DNA of 58,651 nt, the filler included, from Catajapyx aquilonaris (taxonomy: Eukaryota): assembly GCA_000934665.2 (NCBI GenBank). It is 2 parts of 2 records of this genome, joined end to end, with 100 filler letters (N's around TTAATTAATTAA, not from the genome) between each part and the next. Parts side by side here need not be neighbours in the genome. Positions count along the whole stretch, not along the records: positions 1 to 29,286 come from KZ539225.1; positions 29,387 to 58,651 come from JYFJ02004818.1. One strand, 5' to 3'. Shown piece after piece: positions 26,301 to 37,573 of this stretch. The first letter of the stretch is position 1. Each line of letters begins with the position of its first letter. A program made the position numbers and the translations under genes. Under the pieces are notes generated by a model that saw only the letters and a list, made by a program, of their open reading frames with translations, did not search any database and was not told the DNA's origin.

Positions 26301-29286
26301 AGCACCAACCAGTTTCCTGCTAAGTTGATTACAAAACTGGCAAATTTGGTTTTGTGGGCTCTGGTTTTTCCGTCGTACTTTTTTATTCCATTAATAGAGT
26401 TTAATTTGTCATGTTTAAAAACATCTCTAAATCAGTCACTGCAGGCATAGGCCCCAGAACGTTTCTGGTTTTCTTAGGCAAAAAAGCAAGTGGAAGTTTT
26501 TCATGAAATATTTGGCACCAGCGATGTTAGCCACATGCATACAACAAGCAATCTATTTCCGAGTTGACACAGCTCTTGTGCCTATAAATATTTTCTTTTG
26601 CAATTCAATGTTCTCTCGGTAGTTCTTCAGGCTCCAGTGAATTATTTTGCACCAGTTTTACGACCGGGACTTGAATTGTCTGGTAAATATTGATGTTCAA
26701 ATGGCCACTCGAGTTTGCATCGACCTTAAAGCAGTGCATCCTTGTTCCAAGTGGAGGCGATATGAAAGTATGAGAATAACCAGCAGACTTGCATATTCTT
26801 CTGGTGAGTTCTAGAGGACAGTCACTTGAAGGAAACTTGATTTCCTGTTATTATTCTCCCTTCATGTCAGGTGATTGTCCTCAGCAGGAGGTTCATCTTG
26901 TGTGGAAGGAACAGTTTGAGCAACAGTTTCAGCCCACATCAGAAGAACTTGCTGGGAACTGTTATGGGAGGCAAAAAATTGGAAAGTTCGTGAAGATTGT
27001 CGGGGACAACCTAGTCAAACTGAAAAGCGCAGGGGAGAGTTTCTAGATCCGTCTCGGCTCTGACAGATTCATTGCCACTCATTTCGGCTCAGGATTTGCA
27101 AAAAGGGTATTTTGCCATTACCGTAGAGTTTACTCTATGCACCTGAGCTCATCCCCTTAACTGGAATGGATATGCACTTGAATTATCCAATTACCTGGCA
27201 AGCTTGAAAACAATACTTCATGTCTAGTCGGCCTTTCCGAATTGGAAGGAAAAGTAATTGGCGGATCGTTAATAAGGCTAATGGGAGCTGTTTGCGTTCT
27301 CCTACTCCAGCAGAGCAAAATCTGATTATTCGTAATGGAGTGAAACAGCAGAGGGGGAAGGACGTTGCACAAAATTGCGCTTTGGATGCTGACCGGAATG
27401 CCAAATAGCTCAGGTTGGGGATTTTGGGACAAAAGACGGTAATTTTGCGGAAACTTCTGAAAGGTTATCTACGAAGGGGGAAAAAGACCACGGAGAGTTT
27501 TAAAAAAATGTCAGCTTGTGCTCTTGTTGACTTAGGACTATAGGCTTTGGCAGAATTTTAAAGACGCATTTAAGGTGATGGCATATTTCAACGTAATTCG
27601 AATCAATAATATTCATCATTATCATTGTGACAGCAAAAAGGGATTTTTCATTCACTATCCTGTGATAAAATATAAAATGTATCCCACTTTCAATTTCCCA
27701 TTTAAAAAAATTGACGCCGACAAAAGCAGAAATCATGCATACACCATCGGATTGCAACTATTCGGGTGGTCGCCATTCCACCGAGTTTCCTTTTTAAAAA
27801 CCTTCCCTCCACCTCCCCCTGTCCCCTAGACCCTGCTCTGGAAATGAAGTTGCCTTTGCTCGCTTGTGTGTAGCGAACTACTTTCTTCTGCAAGAGCCAT
27901 CAGGCATTGTAGTGGTGCAGGCCTATTAAGTTGGCAGGCGGAGGGCGATCCTGAAGACAGCATTGGGAATGCAGGCTCGTACAAAGGCGGAAACGTGACT
28001 AGCGTAGTCTATAAAATTCCACCGGCCCCTTCTCACACACACACCCTCTTCATCCCATCCGCCTGCACCAACACGGTTCCAAACATACCAATCTCGATAC
28101 ATGGAAGGATTAACGAATCTCAAAAAATGTCATAATATTGAAATCTTACAGTCGAAATAATAACTTCACGGAAAAGAAAAACGGGAACTGTAATTTGGTA
28201 CTTCATACTCTGGGTTCACTTCTAACCATAGGCTATATAATGAATAATTCAGCTTCAAAATTTTAATTATGGCAATGGGTATGACGATGATCATCGTCAT
28301 GTACGCAGTGACCAAATGGTGCGTTAGGTTACTTCTGATTGACAATAAAATACCGATAATTCTGGCAATAGTATTTTCAAGCTCAAGAGTTGTTTACTTA
28401 TGGGACATTATTTGACAATATTTATGAACATTTAATTTTATATCAAGGTGCCATGAATTAGGTTAGCTCTACTGCAAAGTATTAATTGGCCTCCGCAGCA
28501 GTTCAGCAGGGCGAGTTAATTAACAGTTAACAGGTCAGGGTTGATTCGGCTCTGCAATATTATAATTATTCAGACTACGCAACGATAGGGTTGCATTATC
28601 TACACGTGGTTTTGATGTGCCCGCAGGGTACACTAAATTGCTGTTAACGAGGAAGTAATATTAGTTAGTCCTGCGAATATGTCAGTAGTTGATATTCAAT
28701 GTGAAATAATAACATTATTTGTAGATTTGACTCTGAATTTGACAACAGTCATTCACAATTTTTTGATAAATTAATTGTCGACTCTGCTGTGCACACCAGT
28801 CTGGAATATTTCTAGGAAGGTCCTATTGAAACTCAGTGTAACATAATTTCAGGAATGTAAAGATGGCTAAAAATGTAAAGGAAAGATATACATGGACGAG
28901 AGGAAGATGGGTAATAGTGTATTCATAAAGCAAGTAAAATGGAGAGGGTTGTTACGGTTGGCGTGATGGCCTCTGCGTAGCATATAGGGAGTGATGTGCT
29001 CTACAGTGACATTTTCTTAAGAATTTTACTGTACTGTGTACGTATGCAGGGTGTTACCGGTAACTCTGGCAACAATCACAGGGTCGGTAGAGGCTGCCTG
29101 CCCCATAGGCAAGTATTTTGAGCTTCGGTACCCATGTCCGGAAATGCCCCCCTACGGGGGTACGGCCGTTTCCACCTTTGGTCTGTCGCACCTGGTGGGT
29201 AGGCAACCCACCGTACTCGAAACTTGCGTTCATCAGGTGTGTCGAGTGTTTTGCACTTGACACTCGCAATATATTGTTTTCACCTT

Positions 29287-29386
29287 NNNNNNNNNNNNNN
29301 NNNNNNNNNNNNNNNNNNNNNNNNNNNNNNTTAATTAATTAANNNNNNNNNNNNNNNNNNNNNNNNNNNNNNNNNNNNNNNNNNNN
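29287..29386. other. Artificial 100-bp assembly spacer (44 N + TTAATTAATTAA + 44 N)
   Basis: Symmetric N runs around a 12-mer that places stop codons in all six frames. Confidence 0.9.
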
Positions 29387-29602
29387 TTTTACTTTCACCA
29401 ATGAATTTCTGGCCTGCGATTTACCCCTAGTGTCATTTTCGGGCCGATTGGCCGATGGCCCTACAGACACTTCCCTTGTTAGTTCCCTACCCCTGGATGG
29501 GAACCTGTGCACTAGACCACCATGCCTCCCTATTAAAGATGGACAATGAAAAGATGATCCCCTAAAAGGCCCAAGGAGGCCTATCACGGGGTATCCATTA
29601 TT
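29387..29602 (+). mobile_element. 3' end of a retroposon (LINE or a second SINE family) sharing its tail with the SINE at 35027
   Basis: attaaagatggacaatgaaaagatgatcccctaaaaggcccaaggaggcctatcacggggtatccattatt matches about 35217-35288, but the upstream body differs. Confidence 0.65.
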
Positions 29603-29756
29603 GTCTGACTCACTATCATATGAATGAACCTTGGATTGTCACAGGAGGTGCTGTAAGTTTTCTCCCTTTGTCATGCACAGTTGAACATTCCTGGAATTAT
29701 TTCAGCTGCCAGTGTATCAGACATGGTACTAGACAGGCGGCAGACACTCCGCGCCA

Positions 29757-30071
29757 TTTTGTGTGAGCTTAGCTCTGCTTCCCCTCCGAGGGGGGTTTGC
29801 CACGGGCTGCACTAGTCTCAGTAACCAAGATGAGTGGCGCCTTACCTAGCAGGAAATTCTGAACCATTTTGTTGACTCCGATTGGCTGGAGTAGTTAAGG
29901 CCTCCTGTGGAGTAGCACAGGAGGCCTTAACTACTCCAGCCAATCGGAGTCGACTGATATGGTTCAGAATTTCCCGCTCGGTAAGGCGCCTTGGGTACCA
30001 AGACTAGCGCCACCAGTGGCAAACCCCCCTCGATGGGGGAGATCAGCGGAGCTCACAGGGGGAGCAATGTA
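29757..30071 (-). mobile_element. Palindromic element family D, copy 2
   Basis: Shares its ends and the arm block gtggcgccttacctagc..aatt.tgaaccattttg with 21178-21467; perfect 36-bp hairpin core 29874-29951. Confidence 0.8.
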
Positions 30072-32917
30072 CTGGTACAGGGAGTGTCAGGGGTCTGGTA
30101 CTAGAGATAGGAGTGACTGATGGAAAGTATTTATTCCAGCCCCATCATTGAAAACCCTCAGCCTCATGGTTGTACTGAACTACTCGCTGGACCAAAGCTG
30201 CCTGCCAGGAGATATCCGGAATGAGATTAGGATGATGACGACCAACAACACAATCAGCAGGACCGGTATTTGGAATAGCACTGGATGAAACTAAGGAAGA
30301 GGCGACAATGTCACAAAGATCTGTGCCGGTGTTATTTTTCTTCTAAATCCCTGTCAATCATGTCTAAAGTCGTTCGTATCCCAGTGTGATGTAGCTACGA
30401 TCATGTCAAAAACCTAGGTTTATGTTTACAAATCTTTGTATGTCTCTGGACAAAATCTACAACATGTGAATCATGAGACGTGACACTAGCATAAACTGAA
30501 ATTTAAATGTGTGTCTGGATATATATCTACCCTGTGGGACCTATGGTGAGTAAAATTTGGGGCAAGAAATTGAACTGGGGAAATCCAACTCAAGTGTTAC
30601 ATCTCAAAACTATGACACAGTTGTTGTCTGGCATCTCCATATGCATGGCAGTACAAGTTCAGTGAGTGTCGAACTTCCACACGTGGTGGGCATGGCAAAA
30701 TTATGAGGTGCACCCCCATGGCATCACATAATTTGAAATGTGGTTAGAAGTTTAGTCAGCTTAGCAGAAGAAGCCATGGCAAGTACACTAAAGGCCATGA
30801 GGCCAAGGGTGTGAGTTGTTCTACTACCCCTCCTGGTTTGGTACCATGTCATGCGTCTGTATTTACACACTTGCTAGTTTTGATATGCTGAGGCTAAGGA
30901 CATCAACTGTGTCTTTCTCACTTGCTCTCGGTTGTAACACGGATTGTATCATATTTCCAGTTCAATTAAGCATGGCAACTGGTTGGGATGTGTTAATTTT
31001 CTTGCTGCAAATTTTACACATAGGTGATTGATTGGGGTTTAATGTTGAAACAGCAGCAGTGGCTGTAGAGGTTGAGAATACTTGATCCAAAATCCAAAGT
31101 GCTGACATGACGTGCCACCGATGAAAAATTCCACGTACGCAAAATTATTTCAAACTGATCTTAAACAACCTTCAGGGTTCACATTGCAAAGCTGTCTCAT
31201 TTTATAGATGCAAATTCCAAATATTCAGAAAAAAGCTGAAATGCTTGGGACCAGAAAGCATTTCAGATAAAGGATTCTCAATTTTTTACTGCATACTCCT
31301 GTCTCCCCCACCTGCTGTACACCAATGTTGGGGGTCCCATTGTGGCAACCGTATTTTGTTATGATTCTCAGACCTCTTTTGTGCTAATCAAGTCGGTAAA
31401 TTTTTTATACACGGATGTGGTATTAACAGTCACAAAGCCTGCTCTAGGAGACTAAATTTTGCAGCTGTTGTATACTTCTGATACGATAAGGTGGGATTTT
31501 TACCCTTCTAAGCAGTCAATAGCTACTGTAGTCTTACCAACAATAAAGGGAATCCACAGCTACGTCTAAGTGGCTACTTCTAAGCATCATGATGAATCCA
31601 CCTGTAATTACTTTTCGGCTTTTCTATTATTTATTTAGTGACTATGTATACAAAGTCAATAAACTGTTGTTCTTGCAAGAAGTTTTTTTTTCTTCTTTAA
31701 TGTCTTACATTATTATGTACTTATTTACATGCACTGAGGCCCAAGTACAAAAATCGAAAGGACTGAAGCAACACTGAATAATTCACAAGCGCAACATCAA
31801 TAAGCGTTTGGGGGCATTTCACCTCCACTCAACAACCTCGTTAAAGCTTTATTAGTCGCTTATAAAATGACCCGTGTTTTGAGGTTTTGACTAGTTTTGT
31901 TTCTTGACCATCAACTCCTCTCGCCTCTTTCTCTCCCCACTTTATTATCAACACAACAAAAAATAAATATTAAAAAAAAAAAATGAAAATATTTTGCAGT
32001 CTCCGGGAGAAAATGTTTTTGCATATCTTCTGCATATGTCCAGCTACAACGCAGATCTTCCTTTGTACAAATAAGACGTTAAATTAAAATGACCAGCAAG
32101 TATGCGAGGCATTTCCGGGAAGAAAGCAGGACGTCCAGAAATGGCAAAATCGAGATTTTTTACATTCCTGTGTATCACTGCAATCTGCAGCTTAGATGTG
32201 AAAAATCTGGAAAAACCACCCATCCGTATGACAGAAGTAACTGGAAATTAGGAAGTTTCCATATTGCATTGCTTTTGGACATGATTCTTTTTCCAGGAAA
32301 TGCCTCAATTCATTTTATGAATGGGGCAGCAAAAAAAAAATTAAGCCTCTTTAAAAGAAGGCTGCCTAGGCAGTGTTACCAGCATAAAAGCTCATGCCCG
32401 CTAACATTGACAGCTATTTTTCTCGCCTCTCTCGCATTTATGGCATCTATTAATTACAGCCCTAGCAATCAGATCATTAAAATAACGTTAGAAGAAAGAA
32501 TTTTTTTTTGCTTCTGCTTTTTCCTCGCTTCTACTCGAAAATCTGAAGGTACTCTCACTTACTAAAAATAAAACTGAATCTGCAGCACTGTTCATGTGTG
32601 TCCATTTTAGGCTACTAGTGTACCACTTTTTGGTTTTCTTTTCAGTGTTCTACACACAGGGAAGAGGGTAAAATGTAGACACATATGAACAAGTGGATTG
32701 ATTCCAGATGAAATTGGCAACCAGAAAAACACGGCTTAAGGGAAGCCTTGAGGATGAACCTTACTTATGAAAACCTAACTGTCATCTGTTGCTGTTCTAC
32801 TCTTTCAAGATCTGCCCTGTTAAAAACCCATTGTGGACATGGGTTGTCATTAATTCCAGACTGTCACAAATTGGACTCCACCTTGCCTCCATTTTTGGTT
32901 TTGACATGTCCTGGTCT

Positions 32918-33020
32918 TTAGACCAGACCGAAACCTTCGGTCCCTTCGTTGATAGCCAGTAAGAGGGCTTTCTCGAACTGCTCATAGCTCTCATAGTCTG
33001 GCAGGCACAACTGGTTGAAA
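32918..33020 (-). CDS. AREL1: AREL1 last coding exon ([38 protein letters not shown])
   Basis: Acceptor cattccag|T completes the catalytic Cys codon TG|T; TAA at 32920-32918; conserved Phe four residues from the C-terminus. Confidence 0.96.
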
Positions 33021-35284
33021 CTGGAATGACAAATTACATATCAATTAATGATTTCACTCAGACCTTGTAGACAAAATAATCATGACTTCTCAGACAACAA
33101 ATAGAAGTATGAGACGCTGATTTTTCCCTAAGCGCTGGCACTTACCATGTGTGTGCGGTGGGCAGGTTGGCAAAAGTGGGTGCAGCTGTGATCTGAAACT
33201 TGGGGCTGAGCTGGGAGAATCCTCCTGGTGGCAGCTGGGAGCACCCTGTGGTAAACTGGAGCAGGCGGGCCATCTCTTCTTCAGTGAAGTTGGACACAGC
33301 AGTCCAGAACCAGTCCAACACCTTTCTGAACTCATATGAAGACCCACTGGCCACATGGTGGGCTTTCAGGTCTGCTATGCTGTATTCCCCGGTGCCACAC
33401 ATCAACAGCTCCAGCTCATTTTCATCAAAGATGCTGAGGAGGTTGTCTGGGATAATCTCATTCAGACCTTTCAGGAAAGCATCCACCTCCTCCCGGACAC
33501 TGTTGGCCAGGCGGTACTGGGCAAGGACATCCAGGTATTGGTACTTGGTCTGGTGCGTCACCCGAGTCTTGGCACCACCTGGGATCAGCTCCACAACCTA
33601 GTTAAAATGTCACTCAACTTTATATGGTGCAAATTGGAAGTTTTTGCAAAGTAGTTATGAGATAAGCAACAGCAACAGAGTTGTGCACGTGACGTCTATT
33701 CAAATGTTACATCTTCTGTTTCCTCTGGAGGCAATTCATTTCTCCATTACTTTCACAAGAGAAGTCAAGTTTAATTTATTGTAATGTTGAGGTAAGAAGG
33801 TAAAGTTGTGTAGGTTCAAAAATGACCAACTTCTATATTCTCCCGCACAGCTTACAAGTCTATATACTCGGCTATGCAAAAGACTGCCAACAGCTCCGAA
33901 TTGATGGACTCAGCAGCACCAATTCAGTCATGTTAATGCTGTACCACATTTAACGGTGTTATTAATTAAGTGCGAGCTGGTGGCCAGCAGAAGCCATCCC
34001 GACAGCCCGGTGCCCCCTGATGGAAAGCTTGCCATTGGCAAACAAGCGGGAGTGGGCCCAGAGCAGGGAAATGTATCGCACTCACTTACAGAAGAATTTG
34101 TGAGCTTTGTAATTTCTTGGGATATCAATAATGATCTGTTTTTAACTTAAATGGTCCAAATAAGTCATTCCAAACTTTTCCTGCGTTCCACAACAACTTT
34201 CAGGTTTCCTCCGGATAATCCAGAGGGGCCCTGATATCGTTTATAATTTGCTGTGAGCAAGTCACACATTACCGCACAGCTACAACAAGTAAGCTTCAGG
34301 TATATTCAAGCCAGATTCAAGCTATACCCTCACCTTCAGAAGCCTTCCACACCGATCATACTCCTCCTCAACAAAAAAGAGGTCCATGTCATCCACATCA
34401 TGCTCCAGGATGTACTTCACTTTAGTCAGGTACAGATCAGGATCATCTTGCTCAAAATACTGAATACATGGAATGCAATAAATTAGCGATGGCACTTGAT
34501 GTCAGCCAGAAGAACCCACCTTATAATGGACCCTAAGTCCAATGAGTTGGGCCAGGAAGGACCTAGTGAATCTGGCCCTGACTAGTTGCCTGTAGCTTCC
34601 ACCTAATGCTGACTCGTACAAGCACTTGCCCACCACCTTACCAGCAAACTCATAATGCTTCAGCTTGAGAGCGGTAGGGCGGCGAGCATTTGGATGGACC
34701 AGGGCCTGCTTGCTGTCCACAAAACTGGTGAACAGGCCACCTCTTGCCGGGTCAAACAGAGAGGCACAGGTCAACTCAAACCACTCTCGACGAACTCCAC
34801 CCCAGTCAAGTCCTAACAAAAAAATAAATATAATTATATCAGTACTACATATATGTTTAGTAAGTCCTTTTGAACATCACTGCAATGTAACAAATACGCT
34901 TTGTAAATGAGTAAATTAGTAAATGAGCCCTTCAGTCGGAATGAGTCAATCCAGAAAATGCTTGTTTATGAATTGCAGTGTAGTGGTTGTATGATGGATC
35001 TACAACCTCAATTGATACTTTTTCAGTGGGCGACACGGTGGCGGAGTGGTTAGAGCCGCAGCCTTCCACCTCTAAGGTCCCGAGTTTGATTCCCAGGTCA
35101 GACGGAGGATACTTATGTGGATAGAGTTTCGATGGGTTCTCTCCGTGTTCACGTGGGTTTTCTCGGGGTTCTCCCGTTTCCTCCCACTATCAAAATCCAT
35201 CACAGCGCAGGCAATGATTAAAGTCGGGCATTTAAAAGTTATCTCCCTAAGAGGCCCAAGGAGGCCTATCACAGGGTATCCATT

Positions 35285-35323
<39 letters not shown>

Positions 35324-37510
35324 ATTATTATAATTATTATATAATACTTTTTCAGCAGTGAATATAAGCCTCAAGCCTGTCTACTTATTCCCTGAGACAA
35401 CCATGAAAGGGTGGGTAGAGACAAAGCTGATCTTCATGTATGTATTTCCCTCCTCTAAGCACATTGGAGGCTGTCCTGATACCGTACGTATAGTTAGGCA
35501 ATATTATCATGGACATTATCCATGTGTAGCAGCCTAGGAATATTCCTCTATTCCTGAAAAAACTAATCATTATACTGGAAGTGGGTCAATATTCAGCAAA
35601 GGTACAATATACGGGGTGTTGCAAGTATTGGGGTGCTTTTAATTATACAGGGTGGTTCAACTTTTTTGTCCAAACAGTTATCGGAAATACTGCACTAAGC
35701 TGCTACTTTGTAAGCAGTGTATGCCACTTCAACCTAAGATTCGCAGGGAATATTCCCCATTCCTCTGACAAACCGGTTGCAAATCACTGCTTACAAAGTA
35801 GCAGCTTATAGTGCAATATTTCCGATAACTGTTCGGACAAAAAAGTTGAAACACCCTGTATTATTGCTAATGTTGCTCAAAGAAATTATTTTTTATGTAG
35901 CTTGTTGTGCCCTGATCCAGGTGTCATATTAACAACTGCTATACAGGGTGTTTCAGAGTCACGGGTCAAGCGCGGGCGAGGGGGTAGGGAAAAATCGTAG
36001 GTGGCGACAACACCGGTCGGTTTTATAAAACAATTAGAAATACGGCAGTAATCAATTTATTTATTACGGCCGTATGGCGTGACGTCACATGCTTTCTGTT
36101 CGAATTGAGACTGGCGCGGACTGGCAGGCTTGCTGGCAGGTGCACTGGGTTGAACCTGGATGAACGGGTTTTTAGTCTTACGGGTTGCACTGAAAAAGGC
36201 GCTCTCATGCTACACCGGCAGGGTACTGAACACACTACTGTACAGTAGTACACTACTTTGTACAGTACCCTACTGGTACAGCATGAGAGCACCTTTTTCA
36301 GTGCAACCCGCAAGGCTAAAAACCCGTTCATCCAGGTTCAACCCAGTGCACCTGCCAGCAAGCCTGCCAGTTCGTGCCAGTCTCAATTCGAACAGAAAGG
36401 ATGTGAGGTCACGCCGTACGGCCGTAATAAATAAATAGATTACTGCCCTATTTCTAATTGTTTTATAAAACCGACCGGGGTTGTCGCCACCTACGATTTT
36501 TCCCCACCCCCTCGCCCGCGCTTGACCCGTGACTCTGAAACACCCTGTATAATAGGACACCTGGGAACGCCTGGGAATAACTGGGCATGTGGATTGGGGT
36601 GCAACAAGCTAAACAAAAATAACTACTTTATCCAATATTAGGGATAGCTAAAAATGATCCTGATACTTGGAACACCCTGCATTGTACCAGAGCAGTAAAT
36701 GGAAAAAAACAGATCTACTGTATCTATCTTTGCAGATATGATAGCTATAATTGTATCTGTCATGAGATAGCCAGGTGTTGTATCACTTGGCCATTGCTGG
36801 CTACCCCTTCACAGGTCAATGCCAGGAAGATTGTGTGTACATGTGCGGATGTGTTACATATCTGAAAGGGTACCACCATATTTACACAACTACTGCATGA
36901 CTCACACGCCACCTGTCAACAAACTGTCTGAAAATACGTGTACCATATGAGTCCACATATCGTTGGCATGCAAGAGAAATCTACTAAGTACAATTTTGAT
37001 GGTTTTGAGATATTTACACCACTAAGTAGAAAATTTTCTGCTCTATTAACTGAGTTATTAACTGCTATTTTTGTAAAATAAAGAGGTGTTCTTTGAAAGC
37101 TTAGTGAATGTTAAATACGATGTAAGGTCTCTTCAAGTGTTTCATAGTAGAAACATACCATCTTAACACGGGAGGTGGAGTGGCGCTGTGGTAATGTATG
37201 CGCCCACGGATGTAAGGGTCCCGGGTTCGATCCCAAGCCCGGGTTTTCCCCCCTTCATCTCGTGCACAGTTGGGTCGTCTCTGGCTTAGTCTTGGGTGGA
37301 ATCTCCGACAGACTAATCCACCCGGGGAGTTCACAAAATGTGCTGTTTGAGACATTGCACTAGCACCTTGCACATCCCCTCCCAGTCACCCTTCCCTTGC
37401 TCGCGGCACCCAGGCATTACAGAAAAGGACCAATAAAAAGCTTGCACACCTTAAAAAGCAATAAAGGTACCGTGCCAGATGCCCATTAAAAATGGGTGGA
37501 GCACTAACCC

Positions 37511-37573
<63 letters not shown>

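Larger units (their letters stand above)
35612..36679. mobile_element. Old degenerate CAGGGTGTT-type foldback MITE (family C) hosting two younger insertions
   Basis: After removing 35648-35858 and 35944-36547, the left remainder aligns with the reverse complement of about 36577-36679. Confidence 0.7.

Noticed and set aside
33200..33654. Plus-strand ORFs overlapping the HECT exon
   Set aside because: Antisense shadows of AREL1 coding sequence.
36023..36438. Pair of near-identical ORFs on opposite strands (MNGFL...)
   Set aside because: A by-product of the 604-bp palindromic MITE; no protein-like features.
35027..37240. A/B boxes read as tRNA genes
   Set aside because: No full cloverleaf or immediate poly-T terminator; they continue into SINE bodies with simple-repeat tails and TSDs.
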